64,000 nucleotides of DNA from Candidatus Kryptoniota bacterium. GTDB taxonomy: Bacteria; Bacteroidota; Ignavibacteria; Kryptoniales; JAKASW01. The stretch covers positions 6,932-70,931 of the forward strand of contig DATCTN010000029.1 in NCBI GenBank assembly GCA_036567965.1, in the 5' to 3' direction. The notes beneath the pieces were generated by a model. That model ran no database searches, was not told the origin of the DNA, and was given only the letters and a program-made list of their open reading frames with translations. Every line of letters starts with the position of its first letter. The first letter of the stretch is position 1. Made by a program: the position numbers and the translations under genes. Positions 9,546 through 18,824 of this stretch are shown piece after piece.

Positions 9546-10247
9546 CTATTTCCTGTTGATGTTAACCTGGAGCCCGACGTTCATCACGAACGGCATCCAT
9601 TGAAATCGGATATTGTCGCGAAGGGGCCAGGAGACTCCCATCTGAGCGGTGAACTTAAGGCCGGGTCCTCCGAGAGCGCCGAAGATAAACGGTTCCGCAA
9701 ATAGCCCGTCCAGATTTGAAGTAATATTTCCTTCCTTATCCTGAATCTTTGTGAAATGAACGTATGACGCACGCATTCCGAAACCCCCGTCCGCAATATC
9801 GCCGTATGCTCCAATGTCCATCTGGAAGAAATACCGGGTGTACCACCCTGTCGCAATAATCTGTGAGGATGACGAATTGGTCCACGCATCGCTCGACGTC
9901 GACCTTCCGGCTCCCGCACCGGCGAACATTTCCATTGTCCCGTTGGCCGTCACCGGCATGTAATAGCCAAGTGCGCCTTCGAGATAATTGTGTACATTGT
10001 AGCTGAGTGAATCTGACGACGACTTGGAGCCGAACGAACCGTTCGCCATAATGCCGATAGCGCCCGATACGGCAACTGCAGTCTGGAAGTCCCAGCCCGT
10101 CGTTCCCGTATTTGCAGCGATCCTTACTTCTCCTGCATTTTTCAGGAGGGGCGCGTCGATCGTATTTGGAATGTAAACCGGGACGCACGACTCCACACAC
10201 AATCCCAGGATTGCGCCAACCAGAAGCAGGCATTTCTGAAAATTCAT
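9546..10247 (-). CDS. putative outer-membrane beta-barrel lipoprotein
   Basis: 233 aa. Signal plus lipobox-like LGLCVESC, then Gly/Ser/Thr/aromatic alternating strands ending in an aromatic-rich C-terminus. Confidence 0.5.
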   Translation of the reverse strand: MNFQKCLLLVGAILGLCVESCVPVYIPNTIDAPLLKNAGEVRIAANTGTTGWDFQTAVAVSGAIGIMANGSFGSKSSSDSLSYNVHNYLEGALGYYMPVTANGTMEMFAGAGAGRSTSSDAWTNSSSSQIIATGWYTRYFFQMDIGAYGDIADGGFGMRASYVHFTKIQDKEGNITSNLDGLFAEPFIFGALGGPGLKFTAQMGVSWPLRDNIRFQWMPFVMNVGLQVNINRK

Positions 10248-10348
10248 ACTCGCTCCCTTTTATGAATCAAAATAGCAATAAAGAACGAAATCTTCCGGCG
10301 ACCACGCTCACGCAAGAAATGTCGGCGACCTCCTCGTCGGGCAGCACT

Positions 10349-10384
10349 TGACTTATATTGGTATATGTACTAATCTACATATAT
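10349..10384 (+). promoter_or_regulatory. candidate promoter (TTGACT-17-TAATCT) overlapped by an 8-6-8 inverted repeat operator
   Basis: TTGACT 10349..10354 and TAATCT 10372..10377. Perfect inverted repeat TATATGTA (10363..10370) / TACATATA (10377..10384), 14 nt before the ArsR-family ATG. Confidence 0.4.
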
Positions 10385-10397
10385 TCATCAGCCAACT

Positions 10398-10670
10398 ATG
10401 AAGAACATCGGGAATATATTCGGAGCCCTTAGTGACCCGACGAGAAGATTGATCCTGGAAAACCTCCAGGGAAAAGACCTGACCCCGTCGGATTTGCTTG
10501 AACGTATAGATGTCAGCCAGCCTACCCTTTCTCATCATCTCGATATCTTGAAGCGGGCAGAGTTGATCCAGGGAGCGCGCGAAGGGCAATTCATCCGATA
10601 TTCACTGAACATGACCGTTTTCGAAATGGCTCTGCAATATATGGTTTCTCTGACGAAAAGGAGAAAATGA
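10398..10670 (+). CDS. ArsR/SmtB-family transcriptional regulator (SdpR-like autorepressor)
   Basis: 90 aa. LSDPTRRLILENL...PSDLLERIDVSQPTLSHHLDILKRAELI winged-HTH signature. Confidence 0.9.
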   Translation: MKNIGNIFGALSDPTRRLILENLQGKDLTPSDLLERIDVSQPTLSHHLDILKRAELIQGAREGQFIRYSLNMTVFEMALQYMVSLTKRRK

Positions 10671-10671
10671 A

Positions 10672-11337
10672 ATGAAACTCGATTTGAAGCGGGAACTCAT
10701 ACCATTGGGAGTGATTGCCGCCGTAGCAGCGATCGCAGTTTATTATTATCCTCAGCTTCCGGAAGTAATACCGAGTCATTTCAATGTGCACGGGGATGCC
10801 AACGGTTGGATGCGGAAGACAACGTTCTTCGTCGTCATGGGGGCGACGTTCATTTCGATTTACCTCTTGTTCACCTTTCTGCCCAGCATCGACCCGCTAA
10901 GGAAGAAAATTGAGCCGAGATTTCGCGTCGTCCTGTTCTTGAGGGATATCCTTCTCGCCCTTTTCGGGGCGATCTTCATGCTAACCCTCGCCGCTGCCCA
11001 TAGCGGAGTTCTTCAAATGAATCTATTCGGTCTTGCCTTCGGAGCATTGCTTGTCGTATTGGGCAACTATATGCCGAAGCTGCCGCAAAACTGGTTCATA
11101 GGAATCAGGACGCCGTGGACGATTTCTTCCGAAAGCGTTTGGAGGAGAACCCACATACTCGGCGGTTGGCTCTTCGCAATTTCTGGAATCATCTTCATCG
11201 TCTGCACTTTATTTAAAGTCAACAACCTTGTTCCGTTGGTCGCAATAATCAGTGCGGCGCTGATCAGCGTGCTATATTCGTTTTACCTTTTCAAAAGAGA
11301 ACAATCGTCGGGACCCGGGGATAAGGACAACCCATGA
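10672..11337 (+). CDS. SdpI/YhfL-family membrane protein with DUF1648-like N-terminus
   Basis: 221 aa. HFNVHGDANGW motif, then SdpI-like helices (GNYMPKLPQNWFIGIRTPWT). Starts 1 nt after the regulator stop. Confidence 0.8.
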   Translation: MKLDLKRELIPLGVIAAVAAIAVYYYPQLPEVIPSHFNVHGDANGWMRKTTFFVVMGATFISIYLLFTFLPSIDPLRKKIEPRFRVVLFLRDILLALFGAIFMLTLAAAHSGVLQMNLFGLAFGALLVVLGNYMPKLPQNWFIGIRTPWTISSESVWRRTHILGGWLFAISGIIFIVCTLFKVNNLVPLVAIISAALISVLYSFYLFKREQSSGPGDKDNP

Positions 11338-11392
11338 AGTCTCCGGCGTCGCTGGAGTTCTTTCATTCAACTAAATCATGCGGGGCTGAACA

Positions 11393-12856
11393 ATGAAATC
11401 AGGAATTAGAAAAATTGTCGCGAGCTACTCCGTTGTACTCTCTCTAGTCATGCTCGTCATATCCTCGAGTTCTTTCGCAGGTGCGAAGATTGACACTTCA
11501 CTCGTAGGGGATTGGACCGGAACGATCGAATTCAGCGGAGCGAAATTGAAAATTGTTTTTCATGTGGTTAAGACGGATAGTGGAACCTTGTCTGCAACTA
11601 TGGACAGCCCCGATCAGAGCGCCTACGGGATCCGCGCAAGCTCGGTTCAAGTGAAAGAAGATTCTGCTTTCATCGGCGTCAGCTCGATCGGAGGCGCTTA
11701 TGAAGGAAGATTTTCGGCCACGAAGGATACAATCGACGGCAAATGGAAACAGGGCGGCGTTACAATAAAACTCGTCGTTTTAAAAAGCGCAGCTCCACTT
11801 CCTGTTGTGACAATGAAACGTCCCCAGGAACCTAAGCCGCCGTTTCCATACAAGTCCGAGGATGTTTCCTTCAAAAGTGAAATTACCGGGATGACTTACA
11901 CGGGAACAATTACCGAGCCCGACTCCGGAGGTCAGTTTCCTGCGGCTATTCTGATAACCGGTTCCGGCGCGCATGATCGCGACGAGACGATTTTCGGTCA
12001 TAAACCGTTCATGGTGATCGCAGATTTCCTGACGCGCCGCGGGATTGCGGTCCTAAGAGTGGACGATCGCGGAATAGGCGGTTCCACGGGCAACAAGATG
12101 ACCGTCACCACCACTGCCCACACAGCAGACGCCATCGCGGAAATCGGGTACCTGAAAGGCCGCAATGAAATCGACAGCAAGAAGATCGGGGTGATCGGTC
12201 ACAGCGAAGGTGGGGTCATTGCTCCTATGGTGGCTTCCGAATCGAAAGATGTCGCGTTTGTAGTCCTACTTGCTGGTACAGGGATGCCGGGCTCTGACAT
12301 CATTCTAGCGCAGACGAAATTAATCGAAGAAACCGAAGGCGTCGATTCCGCTTTCCTCGCACGACAATTGGAAGATACCAGACGCACATTCGAGATTGCA
12401 AAATCGGACAAGGATAGTGCCGGCGCCGCGGCGGACCTGCGTTCCTATTTTGAGTCTACGATCGGAGAATGGGGGGCGGAGATCAAGAAGAACGGCGGGA
12501 AACCCGAAGAATCGATCGATGATAAGATAAGATCGCTGCTAAATCCCTGGTTCAGATATTTCTTAACCTATGATCCGAGACCCGCTCTTGAAAAAGTGAC
12601 GTGCCCTTTACTCGCGATGGGCGGAACGCTCGACCTGCAGGTCCCTGCCGAGGACAATCTGAGGGAGATCGAATCGGCTCTCAAGAAAGGCGGGAACAAG
12701 GATTACACGATCAAATTACTTCCGGGTCTGAACCATCTTTTCCAGGATGCAAAGACCGGATCGCCAAAAGAATATTCGCAAATCGAAGAAACTTTTTCTC
12801 CGCAAGCTCTGAAAATTATGGGAGATTGGATCGTAGAGAGGTCAAGAAATAGATAA
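11393..12856 (+). CDS. secreted alpha/beta hydrolase (S9/dienelactone-hydrolase-like)
   Basis: 487 aa with a signal peptide. Nucleophile elbow GHSEGG and C-terminal ...GLNHLF (His). Confidence 0.8.
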   Translation: MKSGIRKIVASYSVVLSLVMLVISSSSFAGAKIDTSLVGDWTGTIEFSGAKLKIVFHVVKTDSGTLSATMDSPDQSAYGIRASSVQVKEDSAFIGVSSIGGAYEGRFSATKDTIDGKWKQGGVTIKLVVLKSAAPLPVVTMKRPQEPKPPFPYKSEDVSFKSEITGMTYTGTITEPDSGGQFPAAILITGSGAHDRDETIFGHKPFMVIADFLTRRGIAVLRVDDRGIGGSTGNKMTVTTTAHTADAIAEIGYLKGRNEIDSKKIGVIGHSEGGVIAPMVASESKDVAFVVLLAGTGMPGSDIILAQTKLIEETEGVDSAFLARQLEDTRRTFEIAKSDKDSAGAAADLRSYFESTIGEWGAEIKKNGGKPEESIDDKIRSLLNPWFRYFLTYDPRPALEKVTCPLLAMGGTLDLQVPAEDNLREIESALKKGGNKDYTIKLLPGLNHLFQDAKTGSPKEYSQIEETFSPQALKIMGDWIVERSRNR

Positions 12857-12866
12857 TCTTGGAATC

Positions 12867-12897
12867 AGAGGGGCCGGGAGCTGGTCGCGGCTCCTCT
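12867..12897. terminator. hairpin between convergent genes (possible bidirectional terminator)
   Basis: 10-bp stem, 12867..12876 pairing with 12888..12897 (one G-U), followed by tagcTTTTcTgTTc on the plus strand. Lies between the hydrolase stop and the msrA stop. Confidence 0.45.
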
Positions 12898-12966
12898 TAG
12901 CTTTTCTGTTCGATTGAAATCCGATTCTTGTTATTCAATCTCTGTGTGTCCGATCCGGCAATCCGT

Positions 12967-13515
12967 TCACTCTTTCAGCCTGTCCGCGTACATCTTTCTG
13001 AACTTTGCGACCTTCGGTGCGATTACAACCCGGCAATACGGCTGATTCACATTATTGACAAAATACTCCTGGTGGTAATCCTCGGCGGCATAAAATGCCT
13101 TGAAGGGAGAAATCTCCGTGACAAGCTTGTCGTCCCAGATTTTCTTCTCTTCGATTTCTTTCACAATTTTCTCTGCTACCCGCTTCTGCCCGTCATCATG
13201 ATAGAAAATCACCGATCTGTATTGCGTTCCGACGTCGTTTCCCTGTCTGTTTAGCGTGGTTGGATCGTGCACAGTGAAAAATATTCTGAGCAGATCGCCA
13301 AATGACACTACGGTCGGATCAAAATTGATCTGAACAACTTCGGCATGACCCGTCGCTCCCGAACAGACCTGCTGATATGATGGGTTTGCGACAGTGCCGC
13401 CGGAGTAGCCGGACTCGACGCTGATCACGCCCTTAAGATCGTCGAATACAGCTTCAACGCACCAGAAACAACCGCCGCCGAGAGTTGCCGTTTCATGCTT
13501 ACCGGATGCTGACAT
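12967..13515 (-). CDS. msrA: peptide-methionine (S)-S-oxide reductase
   Basis: 182 aa. Catalytic [12 protein letters not shown] motif and [19 protein letters not shown]. Confidence 0.95.
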   Translation of the reverse strand: MSASGKHETATLGGGCFWCVEAVFDDLKGVISVESGYSGGTVANPSYQQVCSGATGHAEVVQINFDPTVVSFGDLLRIFFTVHDPTTLNRQGNDVGTQYRSVIFYHDDGQKRVAEKIVKEIEEKKIWDDKLVTEISPFKAFYAAEDYHQEYFVNNVNQPYCRVVIAPKVAKFRKMYADRLKE

Positions 13516-13737
13516 TTTTTCTCCTGCTTATAATTTAATAACAATAAAGGTGCGTAGGGAATTTCATTGTCCGGCTAAACTTACAGCTGCGAGCATGCCC
13601 AAAGATCGCCGAGCCGTCTTCGACTGGCAAGTAGCGCCCTTGAATAATGAAACATTAGACTGCGTCATGGATGGCCTAGGGGGACACATTCGACTTGACA
13701 ATACAGACTGAAGCGGAGTCGGTCCCGCAAATTTTAC

Positions 13738-13772
13738 CCGGTTTGCTTTTATTGCAAGCCGGTTTTAGTTTT
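13738..13772 (+). terminator. orphan intrinsic-terminator-like hairpin in a 450-bp ORF-poor spacer
   Basis: Stem CCGGTTTGC (13738..13746) / GCAAGCCGG (13754..13762), 9 bp with one G-U, and a 7-nt loop. Followed by TTTTAGTTTT. There is no annotated plus-strand gene upstream. Confidence 0.45.
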
Positions 13773-13986
13773 AAGCGAGTCGTGATTCAACAAGGCGTGA
13801 TCTCCACGGTATCTCAAGATCGCCAATACGGCATTAGCCTTTGACGCGCACATCTCCTCGAAGAAATCGCACCTTGAGACAAATCATGGAGAGCTGGGAA
13901 GGGAAATTGAAGTTGAGCTCCAATCCTTCCGATAATAACATCGGTGAATCATTCATAAAAAGGGGCGTTTGCTTAAGAGGTGTCCT

Positions 13987-14523
13987 ATGAGCATGTATAA
14001 AATAGTTTTGCCAGTCTTGATGTTCTTCGTTGCTGGATCTGTTTCAATCGCACAGATAGTTACGGGCAAACCATCGTCTCCAAAGAAGCCCGAGATAACT
14101 TATGAAAAAGTCGATGTGAAGAATGTTTTACCGGACAAGGTCTGCGTCGATTTTGTATTTCTAGTCAACAATCCAAATACATTCGGCATCGACAATGTGT
14201 TTGCGGACTATGAGCTATTTCTTAAGAAACAGCCGGCGGGTTCAGGCAAAGATATGAAATTCGATATTGCCGCGGCCGGGAAGTCGGAATTGAAAATGCC
14301 CATGGAAATTCTTTACAGCCACGCTTTTAAGTCATCCGAGGAACTTACGAAAGCTGTACTTAGTGGGCAGAAGACAATTCCCTTCCGATTGGAGACCAAA
14401 TTCAAAATCCCTCTTGGCATTTTGCGAGTCGAAATACCTGTGACTGCGACGGGCGATCTTCCCCTTCCCGAGATCAGGTCGACTCCGACTGGAAAAGCGC
14501 TGCCAAAGCCTAAGTTCCATTAG
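13987..14523 (+). CDS. secreted protein, LEA_2/WHy-like (tentative)
   Basis: ATG at 13987 follows AAGAGG. Signal peptide MSMYKIVLPVLMFFVAGSVSIAQ. Beta-sandwich-like VDFVFLVNNPNTFGIDNVFADYELFL pattern. Confidence 0.5.
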   Translation: MSMYKIVLPVLMFFVAGSVSIAQIVTGKPSSPKKPEITYEKVDVKNVLPDKVCVDFVFLVNNPNTFGIDNVFADYELFLKKQPAGSGKDMKFDIAAAGKSELKMPMEILYSHAFKSSEELTKAVLSGQKTIPFRLETKFKIPLGILRVEIPVTATGDLPLPEIRSTPTGKALPKPKFH

Positions 14524-14591
14524 TCGTCAAGGCTGTTGATCACCGCATGCTGTGACTGCCACTGAGCTCGACCCCAGGCCGTGAGCCACTC

Positions 14592-15377
14592 TCAGTAACT
14601 GGTCAGTTCCACCGTACCATTCAGAGCCGAAAGTGAAATCGTCCCTTCTCCAGTGCCCAGCGTTCCTTTGAGGCTCGTTCTAGAACTGGAAGCCAACGTC
14701 AGAGACAGATTCGAGACGGACACTGAGCCGTTCAGTACCGATGCCGTGACGCTTGCCGACGTCGACGTGGGCACAGCCAGCAGAATATTTCCGTTCAATG
14801 TGCTAAGAGTGCATTCCCCGTTTTGTGGAAGTGTGACTCTCCCGTAAATATTTCCGTTCGTCAGATTCGACTCGACGCTTCCCGCAATATCTTCCGCCGT
14901 AATTGTCCCGTTCACCTGCGAGATTCCGACGGAATTGTTGATGTCCTGTACATCCACCGAGCCATTGACGTTGTTTATCGAGACCGTCCAGTTCTTAGGG
15001 ACTCTAATGTTGTAATCAACTCTATAATTTCTGTCGCCGCTGCTATTCGGCTGAGTTGTTCTGAGTTCAACAACGCTGTCGGTAAGGACTGTCGAGATCT
15101 CGATGTCCCCGATGTGGCTTTTCGCTTCATCAACGGATTGGTCCTGAACTGTCTTGCGACCCGAAATAATTACAGATGTAACCGTGTCGTCGCCGACGAC
15201 ATTAATATTCCCGTTGATGTTCTCGATCGAAATCCCTCCACGCTGACCGAGCGGTTGAGTGATCGAGAAGTTTTCACCATATTCGGACTGAGAATTATTA
15301 TTGACATTAATATTGCAGCCGGCCAGGAGTGCGCCGGCCAAAATCCCGATAAAGAAAAACTTAATCTTTGGACGCAT
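14592..15377 (-). CDS. DUF4097-like beta-strand repeat lipoprotein (putative adhesin fold)
   Basis: ATG at 15377 follows AGAGGGGGAA. Lipobox LLAGCN. Repeated NG(N/S/T)I/V strands (NINGNINV, VNGSVDV, LNGNILL, LNGSVSV, LNGTVEL). Confidence 0.65.
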   Translation of the reverse strand: MRPKIKFFFIGILAGALLAGCNINVNNNSQSEYGENFSITQPLGQRGGISIENINGNINVVGDDTVTSVIISGRKTVQDQSVDEAKSHIGDIEISTVLTDSVVELRTTQPNSSGDRNYRVDYNIRVPKNWTVSINNVNGSVDVQDINNSVGISQVNGTITAEDIAGSVESNLTNGNIYGRVTLPQNGECTLSTLNGNILLAVPTSTSASVTASVLNGSVSVSNLSLTLASSSRTSLKGTLGTGEGTISLSALNGTVELTSY

Positions 15378-15596
15378 AGACGTTCCCCCTCTTTTTGGAT
15401 TTTTCACAACGCTCATGTCTTAAGAATTCCACCGCACGCTCGCACATTGGACTGAAATTACGACAGCTGCTTTATCTAAAGTGAACGATGTTTCACACGA
15501 CTCGACGCCCGCGGGGGTCGCTTCAATCTATCTTTGCGTAGGTTATGACACAAGTGCGGTGGGAGGTGTATGTGCGCGCCGACAAAACACCGGGCA

Positions 15597-18500
15597 TCAG
15601 TGAAGAAGGTCGATCAACCTTACAAGTTGCTCTATCTTTTCGTCGTCCGTATCAGGAAGCGCCGACGTGAAAACTATTTCGATTTTTGCCTGCGCTTTTT
15701 CTTGAGTGATTCTATGAGTGATGTCGTTAACCCGGTCGAGCGCGTTCATTATGCCGGGAAAAATATTCCTGTAAAATTCTCTATCGTCGACCGGAAGATG
15801 CAGCTGCACGCTCGACCCATGCATTTCCACCTTAGGAAGCCGGAGCGGCTCCAGTGATATTTTCAAGCTGATAAGTTTTAGGAGGTGGTCGGCCTGGAGA
15901 GGAATCTTTCCGAACCGGTCGACCATTTCTTCGCGCATCTCGGTGATCTCCTTTACGTCTGAAGCTCTCGACAATCTCTTATAGAAATCGAACCTTTCGG
16001 CATCGAGAGAGATATAATCGTCCGGTATGAACGCGTCTACGTCGACTGTGATTTGCGGCTCGACCCTTCTGCGCGTGAGAGTATCGAGCTGCTCCGTCAG
16101 GTGCTCCTCGAATTTCGCTTCCGCGACCGCCTCTTCCAGGACGCGGTTGTACATCTCGAACCCCATGTTGTTTATGAACCCGCTTTGTTCTCTGCCGAGG
16201 AGGTTTCCGGCTCCTCGGATTTCCAGATCCCTCATCGCAAGGTTGAATCCCGAACCGAGCTCCGTGAATTCCTCTATAGCTGTCAGCCTGCGGACCGCGT
16301 CTCTCGTCAGATTGGAAAATTGCTGCGAGATAAGATAAGCATACGCCTGCACGTTTGACCGTCCGATTCTCCCGCGCAGCTGGTACAGTTCCGCCAACCC
16401 GAACCTGTCGGCGTTATTCACAATGAGAGTGTTCACTGAAGGTATATCGATACCTGACTCGATAATCTTCGTCGCGATCAGCACGTTTAGCTTCTTTTCG
16501 AGAAAGTGGATCATCGTCCGCTCGATATCGTTCGCTTTCATCTTTCCGTGAATTATCCCCGCCTTCGCCGCCGGGACTCTTCGTTTGACAAACTCACCGA
16601 GTTTTGCCAGGTCCTTTACCGTGTCGCTGACGACATAGACCTGACCGCCGCGGGCGATCTCCCGCTCAATCACCGACTGCATGTGTTTTCCGTCGAATCC
16701 GACAATGTACGTGTCGATGGGCAGCCTGTTTGCCGGAGGCGTTTGCAGGATCGATATGTCCATCGCCGACGAAAGCGACATGTAGAGCGTTCTCGGTATA
16801 GGCGTCGCCGTCATGTAAAGGGTGTCGACATTTGCCTTCAACTGCCGGATTTTTTCTTTCGCCTCGACGCCGAACCGGTGTTCTTCATCCACTACGAGGA
16901 GACCGAGATCGTGGAACTTTACGTCGCCCGAGAGAAGCCGGTGAGTGCCGATGACAATATCGACTTTGCCAGCTTCAAGCTTATCAAGAATTGTTTTCTG
17001 CTCCGATTTTTTTCTGAATCTGGAAAGAACTTCTACCTTCGCGGCGTAATCGGAGAGCCTGTCGCGGAACGTGTTGAAATGCTGTTCGGCGAGAATCGTC
17101 GTCGGGACGAGGACCGCTACCTGTTTTCCGCTCATCACCGCTTTGAACGCGGCGCGAACGGCCACCTCTGTTTTGCCGAAGCCGACGTCGCCGCATAGCA
17201 GCCTGTCCATCGGGTTTTCGCTTTCCATGTCCTGCTTGATCTCGGAAGTCGCCTTCACCTGGTCCGGCGTGTCCTCATACACGAACGAAGCTTCAAGTTC
17301 GTGCTGCCAGATGCTGTCAGACTGAAAATTGAATCCTTTGGATTTTTTTCTCTCCGCGTAGAGTTTAATCAGGTCCCTGGCAATGTCTTTCAACTTTCCC
17401 TTCGCACGTGTTTTCATCAATTGCCAGTCTGCGCCGCCGAGCTTGGAAAGCTTCGGTTTGAAACCATCCTCCGAAGCGTAACGCTGAAGCTTTCCGACGT
17501 ACCCGACGTTCACATAGAGAGAATCCCCTTCGGCATATTCGATCTTGACGCACTCCTGTAAACTATCGACGATCTTAAGCTTCTCCATCCCGAGGAATCT
17601 GCCGATCCCGTAATCTTCATGGACAACGTAGTCGCCTTTTCGCAAGGTGGTGAGGTCTCGTCTCAGTAGACCAACGAATTTCTTGGCCTTGTCCTTACGG
17701 GAGACGAGCGGAGAGCGTCTTCCAAAAATCTCGTGCTCGGTAAGAATGGCGAGTTTGTCCTCGGGTAAAATGAATCCGCCGGAAAGCGAACCCTGGACCA
17801 GAGTCAATTCTTCTCTCAGCATCGTACCGTTGAGCTCATCGTACTCGGCAAGCATGTTTATAAAATTATCTTCGAGATGCTTGGTGCTCGAAGCAACAAC
17901 GATCTTGTATCCATCGGCGGAAAGTTCGTCTATCTTCTTTGCGGCGAACTGGAGCTTTCCGCCAAAGGTCGGCTGCGGGAGCACGTTTATCTCGATCACA
18001 CCCTCCGGCCGCTCGAGGATATTCCAGTCAATAGTCTGAACATTTTCGGAGAGCCTTTCTTTGAATTTTCGAAACTCCCTGGAATTTTCGTTCGGTATGG
18101 TGGATGGCTCGAAGAAGACAACAAGCGTTCCCTCAGGAACCTGATCGGCGAACGGCGCATTATTTCTTTTCGAGTCGGAGAATGGCAAAACCGTAAAGGA
18201 ACCGATCGTCTCAATTGACCGCTGTGTGATAGAGTCGAAAACCCTAATGGAGTCGACGTTGTCGCCGAAGAAATCGATCCTGACCGGATTCTCCGCCGAA
18301 TCGGAGAAGATATCGATAATGCTTCCGCGCACTGCGAAATCACCCACCTCTTCGACATAATCTTTCCTCTGGTAGCCATACCGAACAAGCGTCGCAATCA
18401 ACATCTCATGGTCGAGGTCCGAATGCGCTAGGACTTCCACTGCAGTTTCCTGCAAAGATGCGTGGGCAGGAACGTCTTTGAAAACTGAGCTGTAATCGGC

Positions 18501-18824
18501 GACATAAAGATTCTTCTTGCCGGTGTAAAAATCGAATAAGCCTGCAAGATTGATTTGCTCGTCGGTAACCAGATCGACCGGGAGATGACCGGAGTAGATC
18601 GCGAAATCAGACTGGATCCGTTCGCTTGAGTCGCGATCATCCGTTACCAGGAGAATACTTGTGCGGCGTGTGGCAAGGAGTCTGGTCATGACGAAAGTGA
18701 CGAACGGGAGACTAATAGAATGCAAAGCCGCAGGAGTACCAGCCGAAAGCCGGTCGGTCACTTTTCGCACGGTGGTGAGCTGAGAGAGAAGCGCGTTCAG
18801 CTTATCGGGAGCTGTGTCCTTCAA
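15597..18824 (-). CDS. mfd: transcription-repair coupling factor
   Basis: 1075 aa. UvrB-homology N-terminus, CarD-like GDYVVHEDYGIGRF, helicase motifs GDVGFGKTEVA and DEEHRFGV, TRG motif region. Confidence 0.95.
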   Translation of the reverse strand: MKDTAPDKLNALLSQLTTVRKVTDRLSAGTPAALHSISLPFVTFVMTRLLATRRTSILLVTDDRDSSERIQSDFAIYSGHLPVDLVTDEQINLAGLFDFYTGKKNLYVADYSSVFKDVPAHASLQETAVEVLAHSDLDHEMLIATLVRYGYQRKDYVEEVGDFAVRGSIIDIFSDSAENPVRIDFFGDNVDSIRVFDSITQRSIETIGSFTVLPFSDSKRNNAPFADQVPEGTLVVFFEPSTIPNENSREFRKFKERLSENVQTIDWNILERPEGVIEINVLPQPTFGGKLQFAAKKIDELSADGYKIVVASSTKHLEDNFINMLAEYDELNGTMLREELTLVQGSLSGGFILPEDKLAILTEHEIFGRRSPLVSRKDKAKKFVGLLRRDLTTLRKGDYVVHEDYGIGRFLGMEKLKIVDSLQECVKIEYAEGDSLYVNVGYVGKLQRYASEDGFKPKLSKLGGADWQLMKTRAKGKLKDIARDLIKLYAERKKSKGFNFQSDSIWQHELEASFVYEDTPDQVKATSEIKQDMESENPMDRLLCGDVGFGKTEVAVRAAFKAVMSGKQVAVLVPTTILAEQHFNTFRDRLSDYAAKVEVLSRFRKKSEQKTILDKLEAGKVDIVIGTHRLLSGDVKFHDLGLLVVDEEHRFGVEAKEKIRQLKANVDTLYMTATPIPRTLYMSLSSAMDISILQTPPANRLPIDTYIVGFDGKHMQSVIEREIARGGQVYVVSDTVKDLAKLGEFVKRRVPAAKAGIIHGKMKANDIERTMIHFLEKKLNVLIATKIIESGIDIPSVNTLIVNNADRFGLAELYQLRGRIGRSNVQAYAYLISQQFSNLTRDAVRRLTAIEEFTELGSGFNLAMRDLEIRGAGNLLGREQSGFINNMGFEMYNRVLEEAVAEAKFEEHLTEQLDTLTRRRVEPQITVDVDAFIPDDYISLDAERFDFYKRLSRASDVKEITEMREEMVDRFGKIPLQADHLLKLISLKISLEPLRLPKVEMHGSSVQLHLPVDDREFYRNIFPGIMNALDRVNDITHRITQEKAQAKIEIVFTSALPDTDDEKIEQLVRLIDLLH

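Noticed and set aside
13681-13960. tmRNA or RNase P RNA, prompted by GGGGGACACATTCGAC resembling a tmRNA 5' end and by ACAGA...ACCCGG
   Set aside because: There is no T-arm (GGTTCGAATCC-like) or CCA-proximal 3' end and no tag reading frame ending in ...AA-stop. The RNase P core GGAAAGTCCGGGC is also absent.
16506-17198. 230-aa plus-strand ORF inside mfd
   Set aside because: It is antisense to mfd, which carries all helicase motifs. The product is Arg-rich and low-complexity.
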